Assembly: GCA_965215015.1 (NCBI GenBank)
Contig: OZ244042.1
Coordinates: forward strand, 2,912,001 to 2,976,000
Direction of reading: 5' to 3'
DNA from: Candidatus Poribacteria bacterium
Lineage (GTDB): Bacteria > Poribacteria > WGA-4E > PCPOR2b
DNA length: 64,000 bases
Part shown: one piece after another, positions 30,087 to 39,772 of the stretch
Numbering within the stretch: the stretch's first letter is position 1
Layout: each line of letters begins with the position of its first letter
The notes under the pieces: generated by a model
What the model was told of the DNA's origin: nothing
Seen by the model: only the letters and a program-made list of their open reading frames with translations
The model's database searches: none
Program-made: the position numbers and the translations under genes

Positions 30087-30208
30087 AGGTCAGGTGAGAT
30101 ATTCGCCAACTTATGCGGTTTTTTCTGCTCATAATCGATACTCTTCCTACTGTCTCCAGACCTACATTTATAATGCTAGGCGGGCTCGAACCGTTGAAAT
30201 AGTTGGCG

Positions 30209-31051
30209 TCAAGGGCATGTTAGGGTGACTGTTTCCTGTTTGACAATCTGTTTGACGTGCTTGTAGGGGGCAACCTCGATTAATTCCAGTGTCTCTGGCG
30301 ACAATTTTTCTTTAATTTTGTCTGGGAAGGAGTCGAAGCTCCCGTAGGCGGTGTACTGTGGCATGTATCGCAGTATCAGAAAGCGACGATCTCGATCTTT
30401 CGGTTTCCAGACGAGGACACCGTGGGTGAGCAGTTCCGAGATAATAACGACATCGCCAGCGCGTGGCGTGATATTGGTCACAGCTGGATGTGCCTCCGGA
30501 TCATTCTCATTATTGTCCGGGACAAACAGATTCGGTGGGCGTAAAAACTCACTTTTGTGAGAACCCGGAATTACAACGAGGCCTCCATCGCCGGGCATCA
30601 CATCGGTCAGGTAGAAGAAGACAACGAAAAAATCACAGTAAACCTGTCCATCTTGGCAGAAATAACGGGGCATTTCCGGTCCACCACCGCCTTCTCGTGC
30701 ACAGTGCAGCGGGTGAAATCCTTGTCCATGGGTATTTCGTCCCAACGTGCCACTGGTGAACCGGGGTTTGTCACCGGTCAACTCCCTAATGATGGGCCAA
30801 GTCCCCGGATGAAAGCAGAGAAACTCCAGTGCCTTATCAAATGCAAAGCCGTGGGAATAGGGGGTAAAGTCTGGACGCTCTAGATTTGCCCCGAATCCAG
30901 GTTCCCATTTTTCGGGTGGAGTGCAGATGTAACGGTCAGCTGCCTCTTGAGCCTGTTTCAATTCTTCAGGACTCAGGACGTTTTCTAGGTGGAGATAGCC
31001 GGTTACATCAAACAAGTAGCGTTGTTTGGGTGTCATTGAAGCCTCCGACAA
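30209..31051 (-). CDS. PhyH-family Fe/2OG enzyme with HxA motif
   Basis: FDVTGYL, LHCA in place of HxD, DGGLVVIPGSHKS, AGDVVIISELLTHG. Confidence 0.85.
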   Translation of the reverse strand: MSEASMTPKQRYLFDVTGYLHLENVLSPEELKQAQEAADRYICTPPEKWEPGFGANLERPDFTPYSHGFAFDKALEFLCFHPGTWPIIRELTGDKPRFTSGTLGRNTHGQGFHPLHCAREGGGGPEMPRYFCQDGQVYCDFFVVFFYLTDVMPGDGGLVVIPGSHKSEFLRPPNLFVPDNNENDPEAHPAVTNITPRAGDVVIISELLTHGVLVWKPKDRDRRFLILRYMPQYTAYGSFDSFPDKIKEKLSPETLELIEVAPYKHVKQIVKQETVTLTCP

Positions 31052-31095
31052 TGGTCAAATAGTGCAGCACTCTGTGGCAAGGGGTTTGGTAAATC

Positions 31096-31950
31096 TCATC
31101 CTGTCATCACTTCCTCTTGATCTGATGGGGAGTAAAAATAGGATCCGGGCTGCCATTCTCCAATATCTCCAAGCAACCTCCGCTGTCGAGGTTTACACCG
31201 CTTCAAAAGTTCTGGGGATGCCTCTTTATAATCGTAAGTACGGAAGCAGTGGTGGTTATAACAGTAAATGAGTGTTTTGCGTGCATAGCTCGATCTATTG
31301 ATCGCTGCACCGTGCCATAACGCATGTGGGAAAACCGCTGCGTCCCCGGCCTCCACGCAGAGCTGTACCGCTTCGGTGCTGTGAGGCCTTTCTGCGTTTC
31401 TAAGTTGTGCTGCTGGGAAGGGGCGGTAATGGCTACCGGGGACAACTGTGAAGTTCCCATGCTCGACAGCAGCGAGCGATGTCAGAAAATATTGAATCTT
31501 AATCTGCAATGGAAGGCTGCTTTTATCAACCCGTATGTGTTGCATTGCTTGACCACCATCTGGGTGAAGCGCATGTGCAAGTCCTTTTCCTTCCGGATTT
31601 GGCGGTCGAATCATGGCTTGAGACATACTCAATTGAATGAAGGGGCCGAGGAGTTCAAGTACAACCGGGAATGTTATGGGATGGTCCATCAGTTCGACGA
31701 AAATATCGTTGTCCTCAATGATATTCAGTTTATTGAGTCCGGTATACGGCTTCACGTCTAATCTATTTTGTGGGTCTTCGGAGCGTAGCTGCTTTCGATG
31801 TTCTTCATCTATCTGATCGATAACAGCTGTCAGGTTCTTGATTTCCTCTGCAGAAAGCACACCTTTTAGAACGAGATAGCCATCTTCTTTCCATTGACAT
31901 TTTTGCTTTTCGGTCAAAACTGCTATTTCCACGACGGTCTCCTCAAGCAT
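31096..31950 (-). CDS. PhyH-family dioxygenase
   Basis: WKEDGYLVL, LHPD, VVPGSH, AGDAAVF.HALWHG. Confidence 0.88.
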   Translation of the reverse strand: MLEETVVEIAVLTEKQKCQWKEDGYLVLKGVLSAEEIKNLTAVIDQIDEEHRKQLRSEDPQNRLDVKPYTGLNKLNIIEDNDIFVELMDHPITFPVVLELLGPFIQLSMSQAMIRPPNPEGKGLAHALHPDGGQAMQHIRVDKSSLPLQIKIQYFLTSLAAVEHGNFTVVPGSHYRPFPAAQLRNAERPHSTEAVQLCVEAGDAAVFPHALWHGAAINRSSYARKTLIYCYNHHCFRTYDYKEASPELLKRCKPRQRRLLGDIGEWQPGSYFYSPSDQEEVMTG

Positions 31951-32213
31951 CTAGCGTTTTATACTTTGTTACGCACAAATCTTTGACTATTTGCTAAGTC
32001 AAATGAAGAACTGCGTATCTTCTTACAACGGATTCTATAATTCTCCTTGTGTTTTGTCAACGCTTTCGATATAATAAAGGGACAAAACCTTGGTATATTA
32101 TTAACTATTACCATGGATTCCAAATGAGACTCAGATATTCCTCATTTGAAACGCAACAAATAGGGATCTGGGTCAATACCATATTCTTAACGATTATTGG
32201 GAGCGAAAATTTT

Positions 32214-32555
32214 ATGGCAACTGAATCGATGACCATCCGTGACAATGCGGAGGCAAAGATTATCGATGTGAATGAAGATTTGGGAAGTTACGCGGCTGCC
32301 GATTTACGAACAGCAATTGACACCCTGATTAATGAATCAGCTCAGCAGATTGTTGTGAATCTAAGCCAAGTCCAACATATTAACAGTACAGCCATCGGTG
32401 CGATGGTTGGCTCTGCAAAGCGGCTCCGCCAGAATGATGGCGATCTCAAGGTTTACGGTCTGGCGGATAATCTCAAACGGACATTTGATTTAGTGGGCGC
32501 CTCTAGCGTTCTAGAAATCTATGACGCGGAACATGGCGCGGTCGCTGCTTTCTAG
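32214..32555 (+). CDS. STAS anti-sigma-factor antagonist 1
   Basis: IVVNLSQVQHINSTAIG...GDLKV...FDLVG. Confidence 0.88.
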   Translation: MATESMTIRDNAEAKIIDVNEDLGSYAAADLRTAIDTLINESAQQIVVNLSQVQHINSTAIGAMVGSAKRLRQNDGDLKVYGLADNLKRTFDLVGASSVLEIYDAEHGAVAAF

Positions 32556-32690
32556 ACAGCCACTCAGATGCCGATGTAAGGCCCTAAGATTGGTTTAAGT
32601 TCAAAAGACCTCAAACGTTTCTAGGGATTGGGCGATTTAGTTGTATAATTTCCGCGCCAAGCCCTTAACCTGTCGAGTTGGTGTTCTGGT

Positions 32691-33152
32691 ATGACTCAAG
32701 CGCGAAAGGCCAAACAGGAAATTCTCAAACTCGCCGTACCTAGCTGTCTGAAGTATATTCGCCCAATTCAGGTGTTCATTGGACAACTAGCGCAACAGCT
32801 TGGGTTTTGCCGGCCCCGCATTTATGATATTGAGCTTATTATCGATGAAGTTTGTAGTAATGCCATCGAACACGGCTCAAAGACCCCTGATTCAGGAATC
32901 GATGTGACCCTGATGTTCGATTCTAGCAAGTTAGAAATTCATGTGCGAGACAAAGGGAAATCCTTACAGGAGAATTGGCTGGCAACGGGGAGACTGGATG
33001 AAGTTTCTCAAAAAATGACTCCCGGCAATGAACGGGGACATGGCATCTTTCTCGCTGAAAAGCTTTCCGATTCCCTCGAAATACTGCCCAACCCGCTTGG
33101 GGGGACTGATGTTCAAGTTGTTTTCCACCTTTCCGCAAGCGATGCTTTATGA
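32691..33152 (+). CDS. RsbW/SpoIIAB-like anti-sigma serine kinase 1
   Basis: EVCSNAIEHG, VRDKG, ERGHGIFLAEKLSD. Confidence 0.87.
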   Translation: MTQARKAKQEILKLAVPSCLKYIRPIQVFIGQLAQQLGFCRPRIYDIELIIDEVCSNAIEHGSKTPDSGIDVTLMFDSSKLEIHVRDKGKSLQENWLATGRLDEVSQKMTPGNERGHGIFLAEKLSDSLEILPNPLGGTDVQVVFHLSASDAL

Positions 33153-33429
33153 CCAACATCTAGGCAAGCCCAAGCCTTTATGCTTGGGCTCAATGGGTTA
33201 ATTTTGTTGATTTTTCCCGATAAATATGATAGAAATTGTCCCTACAGTTGGTCAGCTGGCTCTCATCAATTGAGATCGAGGATTAAAACTCTCCATGCTG
33301 CATCGAAATTAGCTGAGGGGTTTGAACAGTTCTTATCTCAAACGCGGAGGAAGTGAGTACTACGTTGGCAACCGGTTGAAGTGGCACAAAGAGATTAGAT
33401 GGAAGCGTCGTGGGTTGTTTATGATCTGA

Positions 33430-33852
33430 CTACCTCCTTGTAAGCCTCTTAACCATCTTGATGAGTGTACCGGACTTTTCGTAAGTAACGTCATCCATAC
33501 ACGATTCGATCAGAAAAAGCCCTCTGCCACTGCTTTTAAAGAGATTCTCGGGCTGCGTTGGATCTGGAACTAGTTCCCGGTCGAAACCCTGTCCCTGATC
33601 TTGAATAACAACCGTGAATCGATCTGGCTGAATAACGAATTCAAAATAAGCACGTTTCTCCGGATCTTCCTGATTCCCATGTTTTATGGCATTAGTGCCC
33701 GCTTCGACTACTGCCAGATTAATTTGGTCGCTCGATTCTTCGTCCAGCGGCATCTGGCTAAGAATTTCTGCGATGATAGCATGCAAGGTGTGAACCCACT
33801 GTAGTGAGCTGGGGAAATCTAGGCGAATCACTTGTGCAGTTGTTTGTCCCAC
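33430..33852 (-). CDS. RsbW/SpoIIAB-like anti-sigma serine kinase 2
   Basis: EAGTNAIKHG, IQDQGQGFD, SGRGLFLI...MDDV. Confidence 0.9.
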   Translation of the reverse strand: MGQTTAQVIRLDFPSSLQWVHTLHAIIAEILSQMPLDEESSDQINLAVVEAGTNAIKHGNQEDPEKRAYFEFVIQPDRFTVVIQDQGQGFDRELVPDPTQPENLFKSSGRGLFLIESCMDDVTYEKSGTLIKMVKRLTRR

Positions 33853-34027
33853 TTGCTCTCTTCTCCCATATCATTTGGTTAGCCACTGCCGGGGCGCAAA
33901 ATGGAGAGTGTACGATACTAAAGGCGAATGTAGGCAGGTATATCCATTTTTATTGTTATTTAACTTACTGATTTCAAAACACTTTCGCAGGAGCACGGGA
34001 ACATCATTGTGAAGAGGTAACAACCTT

Positions 34028-34369
34028 ATGTCCGAAGAATCATCGCGCATCCGCCAAAGCGCAGATATCAAAATTATTGATGTCAACGACTATTTGGGAA
34101 GTTACGCGGCTACTGAGTTACGCGAAACACTTACAGACCTTGTCAACCAAGATGTTCAGAAAATTGTTGTGAATTTGAGTCAGGTCGAGCATATTAACAG
34201 TGTGGCTATTGGGGCTCTTGTTGGTACTGCGAAGCAGCTTCGCCTCAAAGATGGAGATATCAAGATTTACGGTTTGGCTGAGAATATCAGGCGGACCTTT
34301 GATTTAATCGGTGCCTCTGATATTGTCGAAATTCATGACTCAGAAGATAGTGCCCTTTCCACTTTCTAG
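34028..34369 (+). CDS. STAS anti-sigma-factor antagonist 2
   Basis: Close paralogue of STAS 1; HINSVAIG. Confidence 0.88.
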   Translation: MSEESSRIRQSADIKIIDVNDYLGSYAATELRETLTDLVNQDVQKIVVNLSQVEHINSVAIGALVGTAKQLRLKDGDIKIYGLAENIRRTFDLIGASDIVEIHDSEDSALSTF

Positions 34370-34433
34370 GGCATGTTGATGAACTATTCGTCAATTGATT
34401 GAGGATGAGTACCCCAGCTCCATTTGCAGATTT

Positions 34434-35621
34434 CTACCACGTCGGTTCACAACCATCAATAGCAACGATTGTAATATCGTCATTTTTGGGTCTGCCACCA
34501 CTAAATTGATTGGTCGTGTTGAGGACAGCTTCAACAAGGACAGGTGCCGGTTGAGCGATTTGTTGCGTGATAACGTTCTGGATCCCTTGAGGCGTAAATT
34601 CCTCTCCCCGTGAATTTTGGAGCTCACAAGCCCCGTCGGTATAAAGGAATAGCCCATCGGAAGGGGTAAAAGGGTAGCGGTATGTTTGATATGTCGAATC
34701 TGGAAGCAGCCCTAACCCTTTCCCAACTAACCGGTTTTCAATAGGTTTACAAACATTGTGCTGACGTTGGACTAAAAATGGAAAAGGGTGCCCCGCGTTT
34801 GAGTAGTGTAGTGTCTGGTTGGCAAGATCTAGAACAGCACAGAATGCTGTGGCGAACATATATTGTTGTGAACTAATCATCTTGTTGAAGCGAGCGTTCA
34901 ACTCTTGGAGCAAGTGTCCAGGGTCGTCTGTCTGAACGCTCATCTCCTCAACAATCGTTTTAATAAACACAGTGATGAAGGCTGCAGAAACCCCATGGCC
35001 CATCACATCGGAGATGAAAACGCCTAATCGTCCCCGTTCAACCTCCCACAAATCGAAAAAATCTCCTCCTACCACAACTGCAGGTGTATAGTGTGAAACA
35101 ATTCGGAATCCCAATAAATCGGTAATTCCTTGAGGCATCAAGCTATCCTGAATCTCACTCGCCATCTGTAACTCTCTGTCCAAACGGTCGTTATGAATCT
35201 TGAGGTCGCGATTGGCTTGTTCGAGTGCATCATGGTATCTTTTAATACGCACCAGAGAGCTTACCCGTGCAAGTACCTCATGGCTGTCAAATGGCTTGGA
35301 GATAAAATCGTCCGCACCTGCTTCAATTGCCGTGATCCGATCCTCCTTGTCTGAAAGGGCTGTCACCATTACCACCGGGATAAATTGCGTAGACTCCTCC
35401 GCACGAATCCGCCGACAAACCTCAAATCCATTCATCCCTGGCATCATTACATCGAGCAAGATTAAATCGGGTGCCTCAATCTTCACCCGTTCAAGGGCTT
35501 CCTGACCGTTGGTTGCTGTGAGAACCGTGTATCCATCGGCTTGGAGCCGAATTTGAAGTAATCGGACGTTTTGTGGTTCGTCATCAACGACAAGGATTTT
35601 AGCGTTGAGTGGTTTATTCAT
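34434..35621 (-). CDS. Receiver-PP2C (SpoIIE/RsbU-type) phosphatase
   Basis: ILVVDD...LLDVMMP...SKPF; VGGDFFD, SDVMGHG, NAGHP, LYTDG, DDIT. Confidence 0.92.
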   Translation of the reverse strand: MNKPLNAKILVVDDEPQNVRLLQIRLQADGYTVLTATNGQEALERVKIEAPDLILLDVMMPGMNGFEVCRRIRAEESTQFIPVVMVTALSDKEDRITAIEAGADDFISKPFDSHEVLARVSSLVRIKRYHDALEQANRDLKIHNDRLDRELQMASEIQDSLMPQGITDLLGFRIVSHYTPAVVVGGDFFDLWEVERGRLGVFISDVMGHGVSAAFITVFIKTIVEEMSVQTDDPGHLLQELNARFNKMISSQQYMFATAFCAVLDLANQTLHYSNAGHPFPFLVQRQHNVCKPIENRLVGKGLGLLPDSTYQTYRYPFTPSDGLFLYTDGACELQNSRGEEFTPQGIQNVITQQIAQPAPVLVEAVLNTTNQFSGGRPKNDDITIVAIDGCEPTW

Positions 35622-35690
35622 TACCTTTGTGTCCTTTGAGAGGAGACATGGACGGATTCCAGTTACAGATTGGGAGAGTCTTTAGGAAAA

Positions 35691-36053
35691 TTATACCATA
35701 AATCTATCCCGATCTATACTATCCAGAGCCGCTAACGCTTCATCTTCAGTATCATACAAATCGAAGACATTATTGAGTTTCGTGATAAGCAACAGCGATT
35801 TGACAGATCTGTCGACATTTGAAAGTAAAAGCCGCACCTCGCGTCGCATTAGCGAAGCGCGCAGGGCAACTAGCATGCCTAATCCGACGCTGTCCATCAA
35901 GTCGACAGACTTGAGATTCAGAACGATATTTTTCTTGCCGCTATCAGCCAATTCCTGAATCTTGTCGCTCAATTGGATTCGATCATCGCCGAGAATACTG
36001 CCAGAAACCCTGAGAATGGCATTGTCTTTTTGATATGTGACTAAAAGATCCAT
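35691..36053 (-). CDS. STAS anti-sigma-factor antagonist 3
   Basis: VLNLKSVDLMDSVGLG, LLITKL..VF. Confidence 0.88.
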   Translation of the reverse strand: MDLLVTYQKDNAILRVSGSILGDDRIQLSDKIQELADSGKKNIVLNLKSVDLMDSVGLGMLVALRASLMRREVRLLLSNVDRSVKSLLLITKLNNVFDLYDTEDEALAALDSIDRDRFMV

Positions 36054-36346
36054 GAGGTAATCTACTCCTAACTAGAAATATACAATCAAGGGATATGGAT
36101 AACAGTTTATTGGAAAGTGCGACTTGTCGTACAGATTGCCCAATCTGTGACCATCAGAATCATAAGCTAGAAACTTGTGTCACAATTAATCTACTCCATA
36201 ATTAAGCACATTTTTCAGTTTATCACAACCTTGTGTTGAGAGTCAATTATTTTTTTTATGGACCGTCCCGCTCTCCACTTCGCTTGGATCCCTGGAAAGG
36301 TGCAATCTATTTGTATAGGTTTATATAAAAAGAAAGTGCAAAACGC

Positions 36347-36518
36347 AAAACGCGTGAAACGTGAAAACCATTGGTTCATTGGTGCTGTTAGGCTAGGAAG
36401 CCCGACCTACGGGGCTTATAAAAAAATCCAAAACCGAAGAGAAATCGTAGGGGCGGGGTTTCCCACCCGTACTTGGCAAAAAATCGGTTTCTGTTGCACG
36501 ATTTCTTTACATGAGCCT
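36347..36518. repeat. Dispersed ~175-bp REP-containing repeat, copy 1
   Basis: Colinear with 49262-49436; contains a GTAGGGGCGGGGTTTCCCACCC hairpin. Confidence 0.8.
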
Positions 36519-36530
36519 TTGTATATTTGC

Positions 36531-36899
36531 TCAATTTAAATAATATTCCACCAACTCAACAAGCGCGTGCGTGTTAACCGGCTTGCTGATATAGTCATCA
36601 CAACCCGCGTTGCGAAACTGTTCCTGCTCTCCTTTCATCGCTGCAGCAGTGAAGGCGATGATTGGCACATGAGACCACTCTGCCTTGGCTTTAATCTGCC
36701 GAGTCAAATCCTCGCCACTGATACCGGGAAGCGCAATATCCATCAAAATCAAATCTGGCAACCCAGTTTGTAATATCGCAAGTGCCTCATTGGCATCAAC
36801 TGCCTCAAGCACTTCATAGCCTTTCGCCTTTAACACAATGCGTACAACCTTTCGGTTTATTTCCATGTCTTCAACCACTAGAATCCGTTGGGTGCTCAT
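36531..36899 (-). CDS. Single-domain response regulator (DivK-like)
   Basis: ILVVED, ILMDI.LP, FTA.AMKG, YISKP. Confidence 0.9.
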   Translation of the reverse strand: MSTQRILVVEDMEINRKVVRIVLKAKGYEVLEAVDANEALAILQTGLPDLILMDIALPGISGEDLTRQIKAKAEWSHVPIIAFTAAAMKGEQEQFRNAGCDDYISKPVNTHALVELVEYYLN

Positions 36900-39559
36900 G
36901 AGCGTGTCTCCGCTTTCTGGCTTGGTATTCGCAAACGTTCGATTCTTTTGATCGCTGTTAATAGTTCTGCCTTGACGTTGCCTGTCTTGGGGATGACTGA
37001 CTGAATCTGACCGTTGAGCCGGTCGCGGTCTTCGTCAGTGAGATCCAATGCTGTGCAGATAATAATTGGGATGTCACGGGTCCGCGGATCATCGGTTAAA
37101 CGCCGAACGACTTGGAATCCATCTACTTGCGGCATCATCATATCAAGAATAATTAGATCTGGCGATTGAGAAATTGCTGTTTCAATCGCTTCGCTGCCTC
37201 CGTAAACCTTCAGGACTTCATACCCATCGCTGGTCAGTACAGTGGACAACAATCGTACTGTCTGTGGGTCATCATCAACAACAAGGACGCGAGTCGAACC
37301 ATCCCGGCTGGGAAGTTTCAGAGATCGGATTGAAGCGATAAGGGCCTCCTTATCAATGGGTTTGACTAGATGGTCCACCGCCCCCAATCCAAATGCCAAT
37401 TGACGTTCTTCCGTTGCCGAGACGATGATGACCGGAATCGATCGCAAATTGGGTTTCATCTTCATCTCTCTCAATACTTGCCAGCCATCTTTCCTCGGCA
37501 GTAGAATGTCAAGCGTAATTGCAAATGGGTGAATTTCCGAGGCTTTGACAATGGCTTCTTCGCCATCTGTAGCATACTCTACTTGGTATCCTGCTTCTGT
37601 TAGGTAAATTCCCAAAAGCTGGGCGGCTTGTTCATTGTCTTCAGCAACTAAGATGGTGCGGTTCTTGCTAGTGCTAGGAGGAATAGCAGTTTCAGGGCTG
37701 GAAGCCTCTGGCGCAGTCACCTCTCCCTGCTGGCGTAACGGGAAGGTGAAGGAAAAGGTGCTCCCTTTTCCTATCTCGCTTTCGACCCAAATCTTTCCCC
37801 CATGCAATGCAACCAGTCGATTGGTCAACGCCAGTCCCAGCCCGGTACCACTATGTGCGCGGGTCCTTGAAGCATCGAGTTGTGTGAAGGGTTGAAATAA
37901 TTTCTCTCTGTCTTGTGGCGAGATGCCCACGCCGGTATCGGTCACCCGAGTTAGTAACGCTGAACCCGAGTGCTCAAACGTCATCGTAACAACCCCACCT
38001 TCATCGGTAAACTTGATCGCGTTGGAAAGCAGATTGTAGAGGATTTGCTTGAATTTGGTTTTATCTGCTTCTATCAAGACATCCTGATCAAATTCGAGAG
38101 AGAGTCGAATCTGTTTCTTATTTGCAAGGGCAGCAATAACCGCCTTGATTTCCTCCATCGCCTCCTGAAGGGAGAAATGCTCCAGTTGCAACTCCATTTT
38201 ACCAGCCTCGATTTTTGACAGGTCGAGGATATCGTTAATCATGGTGAGGAGATGATGTCCACTAGTATGGATGTCGAGGACTAATTCTTTCTGATCATTG
38301 TTAATGGTGCCTAGGATTTCATCCCGCAAAATCTCAGAAAATCCGATAACCGCATTTAACGGTGTGCGGAGTTCGTGACTCATGGTGGCGAGAAATTCAC
38401 TCTTGGCGCGGTTTGCATGCTCAGCGGCTTCTTTGGCTTCCTGCAATGCTATCTCAGCTTGCACCCGATCGGCGATGTCAGTGTTAATACCGACCCAGTT
38501 GATAATGTTGCCCGAAGTGTCCCGAACAGGGGTGCCAATAAAAATAAAAGTTCGATAGGAACCATCTTTGGATCGAAACCGGCACTCACCGCTGTATGTC
38601 TCGCCGTGCTTATATGCGCGTTCCCATTTTGCAAGTACCGCCGGAAGATCTTCCGGGTGCAACGCTTCTGCCCATCGCGTGCCCAATGATTCCTCCTCGG
38701 TGAGTCCAGAGAACTCATGCCAAGCTTTGTTTAGAAGGGCAACCTGACCATCAGCGTCTGCAACCCAAATTACCTGTGGAGCTGCTTCAATGAGTGTACG
38801 ATAGAGTGCTTCTTGGGAAGCGAGTGCCTTTTCCGCCTCCTTCTGTTTGGTTACATCCCGCCACGTTGACCGACTCGCGACAATCTTGCCGGTTTCGTCG
38901 CGCATCGGTGTCGCTTGCAGAAGCACCTCAATCGTGCTGCCATCTACCCGGCGAAGGGTCCGTTCCTGTCTGATAATTTCGCCCGTTTCAATGAAGGTCA
39001 AGGACGTTTGTCGTGCAGCCTCTAGCGAGTCTGGGGTATACAGATTCAAGAAGGAATCGCCCATAATCTCCTCTTTGCTGCGCCCGATAACATCTGCAAG
39101 GGTTTGGTTACATTCTAAAATCCTTCCGCTAACTAAATCAACGACTGCCATCATATCCGGCGCGTTTTCGTACAGGTCACGGTAGTGGGCTTCTGCTTGT
39201 TTACGTTCGGTAATATCTCGTGCAACGGCATAATACAGCTGCTCTTCAAGGTATACCGTTGAACTCCATAAGAGCCATTTATACGAACCATCCTTGCATA
39301 GATATCGATTTTCAAAGGAAACGACGTCTTCGCCGGTTGTCATAATCTTTTGGGCTTCAGCAATTGTCGTCTCTTGGTCTTCAGGGTGAACAAACTCGAT
39401 GAAGGGCTTTGCTTTAAGTTCGTCAACTGTAAAGCCGAGTGTTTTTTCCCACATTGGGTTCAGTTCCTTGAAGTAACCGTCGAAACCGGCGATGCACAGC
39501 ATATCCAGCGATAGGGTAAAAAAACGATCGCGCTCAGTGGTATCGGCAGGAATAGTCAT
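36896..39559 (-). CDS. Hybrid histidine kinase: PAS-PAS-PAS-HisKA-HATPase-REC-REC
   Basis: Three PAS/PAC blocks, MSHELRTPLN, NLLSNAIKFT, DTGVGI, GTGLGL, two receiver domains. Confidence 0.93.
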   Translation of the reverse strand: MTIPADTTERDRFFTLSLDMLCIAGFDGYFKELNPMWEKTLGFTVDELKAKPFIEFVHPEDQETTIAEAQKIMTTGEDVVSFENRYLCKDGSYKWLLWSSTVYLEEQLYYAVARDITERKQAEAHYRDLYENAPDMMAVVDLVSGRILECNQTLADVIGRSKEEIMGDSFLNLYTPDSLEAARQTSLTFIETGEIIRQERTLRRVDGSTIEVLLQATPMRDETGKIVASRSTWRDVTKQKEAEKALASQEALYRTLIEAAPQVIWVADADGQVALLNKAWHEFSGLTEEESLGTRWAEALHPEDLPAVLAKWERAYKHGETYSGECRFRSKDGSYRTFIFIGTPVRDTSGNIINWVGINTDIADRVQAEIALQEAKEAAEHANRAKSEFLATMSHELRTPLNAVIGFSEILRDEILGTINNDQKELVLDIHTSGHHLLTMINDILDLSKIEAGKMELQLEHFSLQEAMEEIKAVIAALANKKQIRLSLEFDQDVLIEADKTKFKQILYNLLSNAIKFTDEGGVVTMTFEHSGSALLTRVTDTGVGISPQDREKLFQPFTQLDASRTRAHSGTGLGLALTNRLVALHGGKIWVESEIGKGSTFSFTFPLRQQGEVTAPEASSPETAIPPSTSKNRTILVAEDNEQAAQLLGIYLTEAGYQVEYATDGEEAIVKASEIHPFAITLDILLPRKDGWQVLREMKMKPNLRSIPVIIVSATEERQLAFGLGAVDHLVKPIDKEALIASIRSLKLPSRDGSTRVLVVDDDPQTVRLLSTVLTSDGYEVLKVYGGSEAIETAISQSPDLIILDMMMPQVDGFQVVRRLTDDPRTRDIPIIICTALDLTDEDRDRLNGQIQSVIPKTGNVKAELLTAIKRIERLRIPSQKAETRS

Positions 39560-39772
39560 GGTGTTTTATCTCCTTCATTTTTCGGACTCGAATCTTGATA
39601 ATCCGGGAAGCGAAAACTCGAACTTATAAAGTCTCTGTGAAAGGACTAATGAAGCTCTCCAAAGATTGGTTAGGCAAAAATTACCCTATACACTCTCTAA
39701 GATTTTTTGAATGTCGTAGGTTCTCCATTCTTCTTACTAATACTCATCATTGATAATCCCCATAACTATGCT

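Noticed and set aside
32049-32213. N-terminal extensions in the ORF track (STAS 1, amidohydrolase from 9918, oxidoreductase from 49294, sigma from 21983)
   Set aside because: Homology, and in most cases an RBS, indicates downstream starts; the extensions run through promoter or repeat DNA or the upstream gene.
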